64,000 nt of DNA from IMG/VR virus record IMGVR_UViG_3300025141_012032; one strand, written 5' to 3'. How positions within the stretch are numbered: the first letter of the stretch is position 1; each line of letters begins with the position of its first letter. The DNA is from an uncultured virus (IMG/VR IMGVR_UViG_3300025141_012032) (Duplodnaviria; Heunggongvirae; Uroviricota; Caudoviricetes). Position numbers and translations under genes: made by a program. Below the pieces are notes generated by a model that worked only from the letters and a program-made list of their open reading frames with translations, was not told the DNA's origin and made no database searches. Below, piece by piece: positions 1-10,420 of this stretch.

Positions 1-273
1 TCCTGGGTGCTTACTGACTTGTTTAAAAAAGGTAAAACGATTGTAGTATCGTCTTTAGATTTATCTGCGACTGGAAAGGCATTTGACGAGGTTGAAGCTA
101 TGTTTCCCTGGGCCACATGTATTGAAAAGTGTCCTGCTGTCTGTACGGTCTGCGGCCAGGATGCATATTACACACATAAAAAAGTAGAAGATATTGCCGA
201 GATAACAGTTGGAGGCTCCGAACTTTATGAGCCTCGCTGCTGGCAGCACCATAGCTACTTTAATGAAATATAA
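1..273 (+). CDS. tdk: Thymidine kinase, C-terminal part (5' truncated by window)
   Basis: Frame open from base 1. TK zinc/lasso motifs AVCTVCGQDA...VGGSELYEPRC..H. Confidence 0.85.
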   Translation, partial: SWVLTDLFKKGKTIVVSSLDLSATGKAFDEVEAMFPWATCIEKCPAVCTVCGQDAYYTHKKVEDIAEITVGGSELYEPRCWQHHSYFNEI

Positions 274-526
274 AGTGGGCGATATTGTGCTAGTTAAGTC
301 TAGTGCTGGAAAAGCAATTCCCAACTTTCACGTTAAGTTATTACAGAAAATAAAACGCAAAACTTCTTTTGATCCGCCCTATATAGAATGGAGAGTGCAC
401 TTGACAAAACGCAAAGAAGCAGATATGCTTAGAAAACAATGGCAGATACCATTTAAGTTTCCCGATGAGGTGGAAACATTTGTATATGAAACAAATATAA
501 TCAAACTAATTAAATCAAATGGCTAA
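263..526 (+). CDS. Hypothetical small protein (MKYKVGDIVLV..., phage-type SH3/KOW-like start)
   Basis: ATG at 263 overlaps the tdk end and is in frame with track ORF 209..526. Its stop overlaps the next gene start. Confidence 0.65.
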   Translation: MKYKVGDIVLVKSSAGKAIPNFHVKLLQKIKRKTSFDPPYIEWRVHLTKRKEADMLRKQWQIPFKFPDEVETFVYETNIIKLIKSNG

Positions 527-1853
527 AAAGAATTATGTGCTGGATACCAGCGTTTATTTAACAGATGCTAATTCAATATTTGAGTTTGGCAATAATGATA
601 TTTTTATTCCTCTTAAAGTGCTTGAAGAAATCGACAAGCATAAGAAAAGACAAGATTCTGCCGGAACAAACGCTAGAAGAATAATTCGAACCCTCGATGA
701 ACTTAGAGGGGTCGGAGATCTGCAGAAAGGAATTAGACTTGGCAAAGGAAAAGGTCTTGTTAAAGTTATGTCCTATAGCTGCTTGACTGGTTCCGTTTTT
801 CCTCCCGATTTAGATATTAGAATACCTGATCATATTATACTTGCTACTGCGAAAGCTGTACAAAAAGAACAGCCAAATAGAAAGATAATTGTTGTTTCCC
901 GCGATATTAATATGAGAGTAATTTGTGACTCGATCGGAATGATAGCAGAAGACTATATTACTGAAAAAGCAGCAGAATCTTCGGATCAGCTTTATAGCGG
1001 GTTTGTAGAGCATCTTGTTGACGATCAGGTTGTTGATAGGTTTTATGATGGTGAAGATATTCTTATCGAAGAAGATGAGGTGAACAAACTATGGTATCCA
1101 AATCAATTTATCATGATGGTATCTAATGCTAACGATAAAAAAACAGCTTTAGCCCGCTTTACTAGCCACCACATGCCCCTAAAAAATATAATACATGACA
1201 AGCTACCCGATTGGAATATTAATTCAAGAAACAAGGAGCAGGCGTTTGCCATGGACTTGTTAATGGACCCCAGTGTTAAAATTGTTTCTCTAATTGGAAG
1301 AGCAGGTAGTGGTAAAACTTTAATGGCAATTGCTGCTGGCTTACAACAAACAATAGGAATGAGATCTGAACATAATCATTATTCTCGCCTCATAGTCTCT
1401 AGGCCTGTACAGCCTCTTGGAAAAGATATCGGGTTTTTGCCCGGAACCATGCAAGAGAAAATGCTCCCTTGGTTGATGCCAATTCAAGACAACTTAAAGT
1501 TTTTAATGGGAGACAGAACAAGTTTAGAAATGTATATGGAGAAAGGTAAGATTGAAATTGAAGCGCTTACATACATTCGTGGTCGCTCGATTGCTAATGC
1601 TTTTGTTGTGATTGATGAGGCCCAAAATTTAACAAAACATGAAATTAAGACTATTATTACACGTATAGGAGATGGTACAAAAATCATCTTGACAGGCGAT
1701 ATTGAGCAAATCGATAATATTTATGTTAATGAAACATCAAATGGCTTAGCGCACGCAATCGAGAGTTTTAAACAACATCCAATTGCGGGACATGTAACAT
1801 TTAAAAAAGGTGAAAGAAGCGAGTTGGCAACACTTGCTTCAAAAGTTTTATAA
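519..1853 (+). CDS. phoH: PIN domain-PhoH ATPase fusion (PhoH2-type)
   Basis: N-terminal PIN motif YVLDTSV...EEID...D.IL...SRDINMR. C-terminal GRAGSGKT, IGFLPG, YIRGRS, DEAQN, GDIEQID. Confidence 0.93.
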   Translation: MAKKNYVLDTSVYLTDANSIFEFGNNDIFIPLKVLEEIDKHKKRQDSAGTNARRIIRTLDELRGVGDLQKGIRLGKGKGLVKVMSYSCLTGSVFPPDLDIRIPDHIILATAKAVQKEQPNRKIIVVSRDINMRVICDSIGMIAEDYITEKAAESSDQLYSGFVEHLVDDQVVDRFYDGEDILIEEDEVNKLWYPNQFIMMVSNANDKKTALARFTSHHMPLKNIIHDKLPDWNINSRNKEQAFAMDLLMDPSVKIVSLIGRAGSGKTLMAIAAGLQQTIGMRSEHNHYSRLIVSRPVQPLGKDIGFLPGTMQEKMLPWLMPIQDNLKFLMGDRTSLEMYMEKGKIEIEALTYIRGRSIANAFVVIDEAQNLTKHEIKTIITRIGDGTKIILTGDIEQIDNIYVNETSNGLAHAIESFKQHPIAGHVTFKKGERSELATLASKVL

Positions 1854-1870
1854 ACAAAGGAGAAATATAA

Positions 1871-2173
1871 ATGTCAAAAGAAAAAGAAGAGAAAGTTATC
1901 ACAGAGCAGGAATTGCACACAAATAAAACACTTGCAATGCCGGTTGTTCCAGATTCAGAATTAAAGACTTATTTGGTTGGCTATACGGGCCAAAAATTCG
2001 ACAAAGAACAAGTAACAGTTAATATGATAGCAGAAACTTTAGCAACTGATTTTCCTGAATTCACTCTTGCATTCGCAGAAGAAAACTTTCTTCGTGGTTA
2101 TCAATTAGGATTAGAAGATGCTGAGGGATTTTATAAAGAAAAAGCAGAAGCAGCTGTTAGAGCAGCAGACTGA
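1871..2173 (+). CDS. Hypothetical protein
   Basis: 100-aa ORF with AAGGAG RBS upstream. Confidence 0.75.
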   Translation: MSKEKEEKVITEQELHTNKTLAMPVVPDSELKTYLVGYTGQKFDKEQVTVNMIAETLATDFPEFTLAFAEENFLRGYQLGLEDAEGFYKEKAEAAVRAAD

Positions 2174-2810
2174 TTTTTATACCTCTACTGGATTACATGT
2201 CTTTTTTAAAGAACCAGTAGAAGGTGTTGATGTCGAAGAAGTGATCGCGAAAGTTGAGACAAACATCCCTGAACACTTGATATCAGAAATAGAGATGATT
2301 ATTTTTGGTTGGTTTGATGAGTTTGAGGAGAGAAGTATTAATGCATTTTATGATAGTGGGACATTATATATATCCAACGTTCAGGATGATTCCGCAGACT
2401 TATATGATGATATAGTGCACGAGATTTCTCACTCTTTAGAAGAACCGCATGGATATTTTTTATATGGCGATAAGAAAATTGAGAAAGAATTTCTAAGAAA
2501 AAGAAAACACCTTCATGATGTTCTATGGAACATGGACTTCAGGGCGCCAAGTTCTATTTTTATGGATCCTGAATATAATGAAGAGTTCGATATATTTCTT
2601 TACGAAAAGATCGGGTATGATAAGTTGGCAGGCATAATGGCAGGAGTTTTTTTAACTCCGTATGCAGCCACATCCCTAAGAGAATATTTTGCAACTGGAT
2701 TTACTGAATTCTTTTTGCATCCTGAAGAGCATGATTTTTTCAAAAGAGTCAGTCCCGAACTTTACAAAAAATTAATTTACCTACAAAATCCAGAAGAACT
2801 TGACAGCTAA
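2118..2810 (+). CDS. Putative zincin metallopeptidase (HEXXH)
   Basis: INAFY...HEISH, plus downstream YAATSLREYFA resembling the third-ligand motif of lethal-factor/MtfA-like zincins. Confidence 0.6.
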   Translation: MLRDFIKKKQKQLLEQQTDFYTSTGLHVFFKEPVEGVDVEEVIAKVETNIPEHLISEIEMIIFGWFDEFEERSINAFYDSGTLYISNVQDDSADLYDDIVHEISHSLEEPHGYFLYGDKKIEKEFLRKRKHLHDVLWNMDFRAPSSIFMDPEYNEEFDIFLYEKIGYDKLAGIMAGVFLTPYAATSLREYFATGFTEFFLHPEEHDFFKRVSPELYKKLIYLQNPEELDS

Positions 2811-2846
2811 TAAAAAAGTTGTTATACTATAATATAAGTCTGGAGG
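2800..2846 (+). promoter_or_regulatory. Sigma70-type promoter (TTGACA-17 bp-TATACT, extended -10 TG) plus GGAGG RBS
   Basis: TTGACA 2800-2805, TG at 2820-2821, TATACT 2823-2828, GGAGG 2842-2846, TTG start at 2851. Confidence 0.8.
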
Positions 2847-2850
2847 GATT

Positions 2851-3615
2851 TTGCCACATATATCATATTCGGAACTCAAAGATTGGGTAACTTGCGCGTT
2901 TTATCATAAACTTACGCGCATCGACAAGCTCAAGGGATTTAAAGGAAATGAGTTCACCGCATTCGGATCAGCTATTCATGCTGTATGCGAGAAAAAACTA
3001 TTAAAGGAAGAGATCGACGATGAAGGATTTTTTGTTCGTAGCTTTAATGATCATATTACTGACCTCGGAGACGATGTGCCTGTGGATAGCGGATTGGTTG
3101 ATCAAATGGTGGGACAAGGGAAAGCTTTACTTCCAGAGATCGAAGAAGCAGTCGAAGAATATTTCGGAGAATACAACGTCGAAGCAGTAGAGCTTAAACT
3201 TTATGAGCCAATCCCTGGTGAAGAAAATTATATGTTCAAGGGGTATATCGACGCGATCGTTTCAACACCAGATGGTAAGGTACATATCTTTGATTGGAAG
3301 ACTTGCTCGTGGGGCTGGGATTCTCGTCGCAGAAGCGAAAAGATGACAACCTACCAGCTTACTCTTTATAAACACTTCTTTGCGCAAAAGATGGAAATTG
3401 ATCCTGCCAATGTAGAAACACATTTTGCACTTCTTAAGAGAACGGCAAAGAAAAACAGAGTGGAACTATTTAGGGTTACGAGCGGCGAAAGAAAAACTGA
3501 AAACGCCCTTAAACTATTGCACAAAGCATTATACAATATTAAAAATAAACGTTATATTAAAAATAGGCTCTCGTGTGAGCGATGTACGTTTAGACACACA
3601 AAAGATTGTCCATGA
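2851..3615 (+). CDS. PD-(D/E)XK nuclease (RecB/Cas4-like phage exonuclease)
   Basis: HISYS..., FGSAIH, KGYIDAI...IFDWKT, YQLTLY, C-terminal CxxC...C. TTG start with RBS. Confidence 0.85.
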   Translation: MPHISYSELKDWVTCAFYHKLTRIDKLKGFKGNEFTAFGSAIHAVCEKKLLKEEIDDEGFFVRSFNDHITDLGDDVPVDSGLVDQMVGQGKALLPEIEEAVEEYFGEYNVEAVELKLYEPIPGEENYMFKGYIDAIVSTPDGKVHIFDWKTCSWGWDSRRRSEKMTTYQLTLYKHFFAQKMEIDPANVETHFALLKRTAKKNRVELFRVTSGERKTENALKLLHKALYNIKNKRYIKNRLSCERCTFRHTKDCP

Positions 3616-3622
3616 GGAATAA

Positions 3623-4915
3623 ATGACAGAAAAGAAAAAGATTTTGGTCTTATCCGACCATCCGCTATCACCATCAGGTGTTGGTACACAAACAAGGTAC
3701 TTTGTTGAAGCGCTTTTAAAAACAGATAGATATAAATTTATTTGTCTTGGAGGGGCCATGAAGCATCAAGATTATAGCCCACTGAAAATTGATCCATATG
3801 GTGATGATTGGGTTGTCTTTCCGGTTGATGGCTATGGCAATCATGAAATGATTCGCTCTCTATTGCAAAAAGAAAAACCAGATTTGCTTTGGTTTATGAC
3901 TGATCCGAGATTTTATGGTTGGCTGTGGGAGATTGAAAACGAAATCAGGGCCCACGTGCCAATGGTTTATTACCATGTATGGGATAATTGGCCGGCGCCG
4001 GTGTTTAATGGAAATTATTATAGATCAACCGATCATATTGCATGTATTTCAAAAGTTACCCATGGGGTTGTTAAAGATGTGGTTCCAGAAGTTTCTTCCA
4101 GTTATCTTCCGCATGCGGTTGATTCAGCTATATTCAGAAAATTTAAAAAGAGCGATGACGACCGCTTAAAGGCCACCGCCGAAGTAAGAAAAAGAATTCA
4201 AGATTCTAGCGTAAACCACAAGAATCCAAATAAAAAGATTTTCTTTTGGAACAATAGAAATGCTCGCAGAAAACAAAGCGGTACTTTAATTTGGTGGTTT
4301 AAGGAGTTTCTTGATGAAGTTGGCCATGACAAGGCCACGCTTCTTATGCACACAGATGCAAGAGATCCGCATGGACAAGATTTGCCACATATAATTAATC
4401 ATCTTGGTGTTAATGACGGCCAAGTACTTCTATCTACACAGAAAATAGATGCAACAGCTTTAGCGGCTATGTACAATGCAGCGGATTTTACTATTAATAT
4501 ATCGGATGCCGAAGGCTTTGGCCTCGCAACACTGGAGTCGTTGTCTTGCGGAACTCCTATAATTGTTAATATGACAGGAGGACTTCAAGAACAAGTAACT
4601 GATGGTAAAAATTGGTTTGGTTGGGGCATCCAACCATCTTCGAAAGCTGTAATCGGCTCGTTGCAAGTGCCATATATTTATGAAGATAGAATCAATCAAA
4701 AAGATTTTAGTGATACATTAAAGAAGGCTTTGAACATTTCCGATAAAGCCTATAAAAAAATGTCTATTCAGGGTATACAGCATGTAAAAGACAATTATAG
4801 TTTTGAACAGTTTAATAAAAATTGGGTTGAATTGATAGATGAGCTTATTGAAGCACACGGCTCATGGGAAACTCGCAAGGGTTATAAGAGATGGCACTTA
4901 TTGGAGGTAGCATGA
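3623..4915 (+). CDS. Glycosyltransferase, GT-B fold (GT4-like)
   Basis: SGVG near N-terminus, NRNARRK, EGFGLATLESLSCGTPII...TGGLQE. Confidence 0.9.
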   Translation: MTEKKKILVLSDHPLSPSGVGTQTRYFVEALLKTDRYKFICLGGAMKHQDYSPLKIDPYGDDWVVFPVDGYGNHEMIRSLLQKEKPDLLWFMTDPRFYGWLWEIENEIRAHVPMVYYHVWDNWPAPVFNGNYYRSTDHIACISKVTHGVVKDVVPEVSSSYLPHAVDSAIFRKFKKSDDDRLKATAEVRKRIQDSSVNHKNPNKKIFFWNNRNARRKQSGTLIWWFKEFLDEVGHDKATLLMHTDARDPHGQDLPHIINHLGVNDGQVLLSTQKIDATALAAMYNAADFTINISDAEGFGLATLESLSCGTPIIVNMTGGLQEQVTDGKNWFGWGIQPSSKAVIGSLQVPYIYEDRINQKDFSDTLKKALNISDKAYKKMSIQGIQHVKDNYSFEQFNKNWVELIDELIEAHGSWETRKGYKRWHLLEVA

Positions 4916-6180
4916 AGACAAAATTATTTTTTAAAGGGCCCCTTTTGACGCGCTCCGGATATGGTGAACAATCCAGATTCGCCTTAAGAGCCTTACGCTC
5001 TCGACCTGATTTATTTGATATTTATATACAGCCTTTGCAGTGGGGCCAAACTTCCTGGGTAAGCGAAGAAGACGAAGAGAGATTGTGGATTGATCAAAAT
5101 ATTGAAAAGACATTGGCCTATGTTCAAAGTGGTGGTGGATTTGACGTAAGTTTTCAAGTTACTATACCAAATGAATGGGAAAAAATCGCCCCAATAAATG
5201 TAGGATTTACTGCCGGCATGGAAACTACAAAAGTGGCTTATCAGTGGATCGAAAAAGGCAATATTATGGATCGTATAGTTGTTGTTTCAGGTCACTCTAA
5301 GAGCACATATGAAGGAACAGAATATATTTTTAAACATCAAGAGACAAATCAAGAACACTCAAAAATCTTAGAAACGCCAATTGATGTAGCGAATTACCCT
5401 ACTAAAGATTTTGGAGAGTGTGAAAAGCTCGATCTAGACCTTGAGTATGATTTTAACTTTTTAGTAATGGCTCAATTTGGCCCCCGAAAGAACCTACCAA
5501 ATACAATCAAGCTCTTTTTAGAAGAATTTTATAACGATGAAGTTGGTCTTGTTATAAAAAGCAATATAGCTAAAAATTGTTTAATGGATAGAGAAAAGTT
5601 GTTTCACGATATAAGGGGATTTGTAGCCGGCGCCCCTGATAGAAAATGCAAGATATATTTATTGCACGGTGATTTAGATGATAAAGAGGTTCACTCTTTA
5701 TTTGAACATGATAAAATTAAAGCCTTTCTTACACTCACTCATGGAGAAGGATTTGGCCTGCCTGTGTTTGAGGCGGCATATACTGGAGTGCCCGTAATAG
5801 CTCCTGGCTGGTCTGGCCAGCTGGATTTTCTTGTAAACAAGCAGACTGGCAAATCTGAATTTTATAATGTAGAATATGATCTTCATCCAGTACCTGAACA
5901 TGTTGTATGGGAAAATGTCATTATAAAAGAATCAATGTGGGCAAATCCTAGAGAGCACTCGGCTAAACAAAAAATGAGAGAATGTTATGCAGATTTAACC
6001 TCTGAAAATTCTGACGAAGTTAGAAAAAAGTTTGAAAATCATGCAGCATATTTACACGATATGTTTTCTGAAGAAAAGCAATATGGCATAATGGTTGATT
6101 CTGTTTGTAAAGCTCTTGGAATAGACGCATCTGCCACTGAATCAGGGGCTTCAGAAGATATCGTATTAGAATTTGATTAA
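4912..6180 (+). CDS. Glycosyltransferase, GT-B fold (GT4-like)
   Basis: SGYG, PRKN, HGEGFGLPVFEAAYTGVPVIA. ATG at 4912 after GGAGG. Confidence 0.9.
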   Translation: MKTKLFFKGPLLTRSGYGEQSRFALRALRSRPDLFDIYIQPLQWGQTSWVSEEDEERLWIDQNIEKTLAYVQSGGGFDVSFQVTIPNEWEKIAPINVGFTAGMETTKVAYQWIEKGNIMDRIVVVSGHSKSTYEGTEYIFKHQETNQEHSKILETPIDVANYPTKDFGECEKLDLDLEYDFNFLVMAQFGPRKNLPNTIKLFLEEFYNDEVGLVIKSNIAKNCLMDREKLFHDIRGFVAGAPDRKCKIYLLHGDLDDKEVHSLFEHDKIKAFLTLTHGEGFGLPVFEAAYTGVPVIAPGWSGQLDFLVNKQTGKSEFYNVEYDLHPVPEHVVWENVIIKESMWANPREHSAKQKMRECYADLTSENSDEVRKKFENHAAYLHDMFSEEKQYGIMVDSVCKALGIDASATESGASEDIVLEFD

Positions 6181-7802
6181 TGAAAAAAATAGTTTTTATA
6201 TCTGATTTTTTCGTAGATCAGGTCGCCGGCGGCGGAGAGATATGCGATAGTGTATTAATGTCTCTCTTCCGTGACGATGGCTATAAGATAGCAAGATTTA
6301 ATTCGCACGCTACTAGCGATAATCATATTAAACTATATCGCAAATTTGGATTTAAATTTATTATATCTAATTTCTGTAATTTGCGCGAACAGACAAAACA
6401 AGAGCTTGTGAAATATCCAGGCTCTTATTGTATTATGGAGCACGATCACAAGTATTTAAGATCTCGCGACCCATCTATATTTACGGACTTTAAGGCCCCT
6501 CCACAGCAGATCATTAATCGTGTTTTTTATACGAACGCAAAAGCTATTTTTGCACAATCAAGATTACACAAAGAAGTGATTGAAAAAAACTTAGGCATTT
6601 CTAATGTTGTTAATCTTGGAATGAATCTGTGGACAGATGAACAGCTTGCGATTATCGAATCAAATATGGATAATGAAAAGATAGATGATTACTCAATTGT
6701 TAATAGCGAGAACCCTACAAAGAATACGAAAGTTTGTGTTCAATATTGTGAAGAGAAGGAACTACCATATACGCTAATTAAATCTCCAGATTACGCTGCT
6801 TTTATTAAGCAATTGTCACAGCATCAAAGATATTTGTATTTTCCAAAAGTATTAGAAACCTTTAATCGTGTGATTATTGAAGCACGCATGTTGGGATGTA
6901 AAGTTAATACAACTGCAAATAATGGTTGTTTATCAGAAGATTGGTTTAAGTTATATAAAGGCAAGGAATTAATCGAGTTCGTGCGAGAACAAAGACAGAG
7001 AGTCTTTAATGATATAAAAGAAGCAATACACAGCGAGAAAAAGATAACAAATGCAGAAGATTCCGATATCACAGTAATATTAAACGCATATCGCAGGCCT
7101 TATAATCTTAAAATGCAGATAGAAGCCCTCCGGAATCAGACTATTAAGCCGAAGCAAATATGGTTATGGGTAAATGCCCACGAAGACAATAAGGATTTTG
7201 ACTTTGAATCTTTAGGAGTAGATAGAATATTCCACAATAATTTTAATTGGAAGTTTTATGGCAGATTTGCAGGGGCTCTGTTAGCAGATACAGAATATTT
7301 GGCATTATTTGATGATGATACAATTCCCGGATCGAAGTGGCTTGAGAATTGTATGAACACCATGCAAACTCATGAAGGTATATTGGGTTCTGCTGGTGTA
7401 ATACTGAACGATATTTATTATGTAAAGCACGATAGGTGCGGCTGGCCAACACACAACTCAGAAGTCACAGAAGTTGACTTGGTGGGCCACGCATGGTTTT
7501 TTAAGCGCGAATGGCTAAGATATCTATGGCAAGAGAAGCCAACCACTTGGGAAAACGGAGAAGACATTCAATTCGCTTTTATGGCTAAGATTCATGGAGG
7601 AATTCCTACATATTGTCCACCACATCCGCCGAACGATAAAGAACTACACGGCTCGATACTTGGAAATGAATTGGGTATCGACAACAAGGCAACATCAACC
7701 AACAGCAACGTTTCACATCAGCAATTTTTTTCTGAACGAGATATGTGCGTGCAGGCCGGCCTCCGAAAAGGCTGGCAAACAGTAAGGAATATTAAATTAT
7801 GA
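6180..7802 (+). CDS. Two-domain glycosyltransferase (GT-B-like N-terminus + GT2/GT-A C-terminus)
   Basis: GGGE...ETFNRVIIEARMLGC (GT-B), then ITVILNAYRR...FDDDTIPG...GEDI (GT-A DxD). Confidence 0.8.
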   Translation: MKKIVFISDFFVDQVAGGGEICDSVLMSLFRDDGYKIARFNSHATSDNHIKLYRKFGFKFIISNFCNLREQTKQELVKYPGSYCIMEHDHKYLRSRDPSIFTDFKAPPQQIINRVFYTNAKAIFAQSRLHKEVIEKNLGISNVVNLGMNLWTDEQLAIIESNMDNEKIDDYSIVNSENPTKNTKVCVQYCEEKELPYTLIKSPDYAAFIKQLSQHQRYLYFPKVLETFNRVIIEARMLGCKVNTTANNGCLSEDWFKLYKGKELIEFVREQRQRVFNDIKEAIHSEKKITNAEDSDITVILNAYRRPYNLKMQIEALRNQTIKPKQIWLWVNAHEDNKDFDFESLGVDRIFHNNFNWKFYGRFAGALLADTEYLALFDDDTIPGSKWLENCMNTMQTHEGILGSAGVILNDIYYVKHDRCGWPTHNSEVTEVDLVGHAWFFKREWLRYLWQEKPTTWENGEDIQFAFMAKIHGGIPTYCPPHPPNDKELHGSILGNELGIDNKATSTNSNVSHQQFFSERDMCVQAGLRKGWQTVRNIKL

Positions 7803-8941
7803 CAGATAAAAGACAAGCTGACGTCAAAGCGTTGTATGCTGCAGACGCGGAACAATTTGATGAATCGATCGATTCATCATATACTTTATGCACCGGCCTT
7901 GAGCCCGGTGGACTCAGACTACAAGATAAATATTATAGAGACTTTGCCAATAGAACAATAGAAGTTGGCGATCTTGTGGCTTACGGCAATCCGATGATAG
8001 ATGGAAATTTTGATTTTCCAATTGAGGTTAAAAAAATAAGATTAGATTTAGGACTTTCAACGAGTGCACCAAACAGTTGCAGCTGGTTGCTTAATAGTGA
8101 AGATGTCGGCATCATCGGAATAGAAGCTAATCCAATTTGTTTACAACAATTATATTACTGCGGTACCTCAAATGGATATGTAAATTCCTTATTTTTAGCT
8201 AGAGGTAAAATTTGTAGATTTGTAGGATATATATCGGAGATTTTTTTAAAATCAACAATACTTGGGCTGGACTTGTCCGATCAAAAAAATGTTGATATTA
8301 ATTTTATTGAAACTTGGCCGGGCTGGCAAACGCCTCAAGGGGTTATTACGATAGGCCCGCAAGCGATCCAGACGCCTGAGAAAAACTTTCGATTATTTCC
8401 TGTCTTAAAAGAAGTGGGCGAGATCAATCATAGATATAACCTTATTCGTGGAGCCATTGATAATGTTGATGGCATCATAATGCAGGATTTTTATTCATCA
8501 TATCCTTCTATTGGGTGTTCTTCACTCGTAGAGGGGATGATCGAGGCAAATGAACGTCCTGCTGGAAATACAGAAGATGTAAAAAATATTGTTAATAAAG
8601 TATTTAAGGTTCCATCTTATTCGCTGGACACAATATTAGAACATGTTGATTGGAAAAGATTTCCGTTTATTGAATGTATAAAAATAGACGTAGAGGGTAA
8701 AGATTTAGATGCTCTTAAAAGCTGTAAAAAGTATATGGATAGAGTTGTATACTTTAGAGCCGAGGCTTATGATGATGAAAGTATTATCTATGGTATCAAA
8801 AAACGAGATATGGTAGAATATATGCATGCAAATAATTTTGAGTTGATTGATCAATATGATGGCGATTATGGCTTTGTTAATAAAAAATACAAAAAATTAG
8901 CTAATGAGCAAGGATTAACACCCGGACTCCGCAGAGGATAA
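7799..8941 (+). CDS. FkbM-like SAM methyltransferase with insertions
   Basis: LDLGLS...IGIEAN, and C-terminal SLDTIL...IKIDVEGKDLDALKS. Confidence 0.7.
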   Translation: MTDKRQADVKALYAADAEQFDESIDSSYTLCTGLEPGGLRLQDKYYRDFANRTIEVGDLVAYGNPMIDGNFDFPIEVKKIRLDLGLSTSAPNSCSWLLNSEDVGIIGIEANPICLQQLYYCGTSNGYVNSLFLARGKICRFVGYISEIFLKSTILGLDLSDQKNVDINFIETWPGWQTPQGVITIGPQAIQTPEKNFRLFPVLKEVGEINHRYNLIRGAIDNVDGIIMQDFYSSYPSIGCSSLVEGMIEANERPAGNTEDVKNIVNKVFKVPSYSLDTILEHVDWKRFPFIECIKIDVEGKDLDALKSCKKYMDRVVYFRAEAYDDESIIYGIKKRDMVEYMHANNFELIDQYDGDYGFVNKKYKKLANEQGLTPGLRRG

Positions 8942-8946
8942 ATAAT

Positions 8947-9765
8947 ATGACAATACCGGCCCCAAAAACATCAGAAGAAAAAGATTTTAGTGGAGAGTTT
9001 CAGCTTGTTCTAGATCTTCTTCAAAAAAGACACAATTTCGCATTTCTTAGATTTTCTGATGGAGAATTATATATGATGCAAAATAGAAGATATAAAATTG
9101 AAAAAGATAAGGTTTTTCTCAGAGGCGAGACACACTCAGGTCAATGGGGTGAAGAAGAACTAAAGGAATTTATTCCCGAAGAACAGCAGATGTATAGAGA
9201 GAAACTGATCGAAGCTTTTGAGTGCGTAAAACCAAACTATATTAAAGGGATTAGCTGTAGATGTTGTGTGGGTCAAGAAGATTTTATGTGGCAAGCTGAC
9301 CACCTAAACAAGGCCCCTGGCGACAACCTAACCTGGGCAAATTTATTGATAAACGGAAACTATAGTAGATTTATAGAGGAAATGGTTCCAGAATTTGCAA
9401 ATTATAATATTGTATATGTTTGCAATGAGGCTGCAAATGTTGATAATTTACCTTTCGATGTTAAGAAAACATTTAGAGTTGGAAACAATTGTCATGTAAA
9501 CAATTATGATCTCATACAAGAAATGAAAAATTGGATTGGACAAAATGGAATTGAGGATCATTTATTCCTTTTTTCCGCTGGAACTCTTTCAAATTTCTTA
9601 ATTTATGATCTGTTTTCGATATTTGCTAAGAATATATATATGGATATTGGAAGTACACTTAATCCGTTAATGGAAATGACCGGATGGGTAGCATCGCGCG
9701 CATATCTGCGTGCATATTGGTTAAAGGAAGATAATAAATATATCAATATGAAATGCGTGTGGTAG
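8947..9765 (+). CDS. Putative GT-D-fold (DUF1792-like) glycosyltransferase
   Basis: FLRFSDGE, LFSAG, DIGS motifs typical of the GT-D fold. Confidence 0.6.
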   Translation: MTIPAPKTSEEKDFSGEFQLVLDLLQKRHNFAFLRFSDGELYMMQNRRYKIEKDKVFLRGETHSGQWGEEELKEFIPEEQQMYREKLIEAFECVKPNYIKGISCRCCVGQEDFMWQADHLNKAPGDNLTWANLLINGNYSRFIEEMVPEFANYNIVYVCNEAANVDNLPFDVKKTFRVGNNCHVNNYDLIQEMKNWIGQNGIEDHLFLFSAGTLSNFLIYDLFSIFAKNIYMDIGSTLNPLMEMTGWVASRAYLRAYWLKEDNKYINMKCVW

Positions 9766-9766
9766 C

Positions 9767-10420
9767 ATGCAAGATATCTTATATATAATAACAGGCACAT
9801 CGCGTGGGATTGGTTGTGAATTTAAAAAGATATTATTAGATAACAGCTGCGATTTTATATCTATAAACAGAAACAAAGCAGATAAGTATGATTATAAAGT
9901 AGACCTTTCACATACTGAAGGGGTCAGTGCTCTTTCATTTCATCTTAGAGAAAAAATCAAAAAAGACTATTCAAATTACAAGATCATATTTGTAAACAAC
10001 GCCTTCTCTTTGGGCCCTATAGGTAAAATATCTACCTTTAAAAATTATGAGATTGTAAATTCGCTGACAACGAATATATATTCGCCATTGATTCTAATAA
10101 AACTCTTGACAGAGATACCTAATCCGTTGTATATTATTAATATCACATCTGGCGCGGCACATAGCATAAACAAGCACCTTGGTGTTTATAGTTCTAGCAA
10201 GCTGTTTGTTGAAAACTTTTTAAAGTTTATCGAGACTGAGGATAATAATTGTTTGAAAGTGTACGGTTTTAATCCCGGAATCACTAAAACCGGAATGCAC
10301 GAAATGCTCTCTAAAGACGAAAACTTTTATAATGAAAATTTTAATAAAACGACACCTAACGATCCGGCCTTCGTAGCTAATGATTTATACAATATATCAA
10401 AAGAGTTGATTAGTGATTAA
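9767..10420 (+). CDS. Short-chain dehydrogenase/reductase
   Basis: ITGTSRGIG, VNNA, YSSSK, PGITKT. Confidence 0.85.
   Translation: MQDILYIITGTSRGIGCEFKKILLDNSCDFISINRNKADKYDYKVDLSHTEGVSALSFHLREKIKKDYSNYKIIFVNNAFSLGPIGKISTFKNYEIVNSLTTNIYSPLILIKLLTEIPNPLYIINITSGAAHSINKHLGVYSSSKLFVENFLKFIETEDNNCLKVYGFNPGITKTGMHEMLSKDENFYNENFNKTTPNDPAFVANDLYNISKELISD

Noticed and set aside
2851..3615. CRISPR-associated Cas4 / CRISPR locus
   Set aside because: No other cas genes and no repeat-spacer array seen. Solo PD-(D/E)XK nucleases are common in phages.
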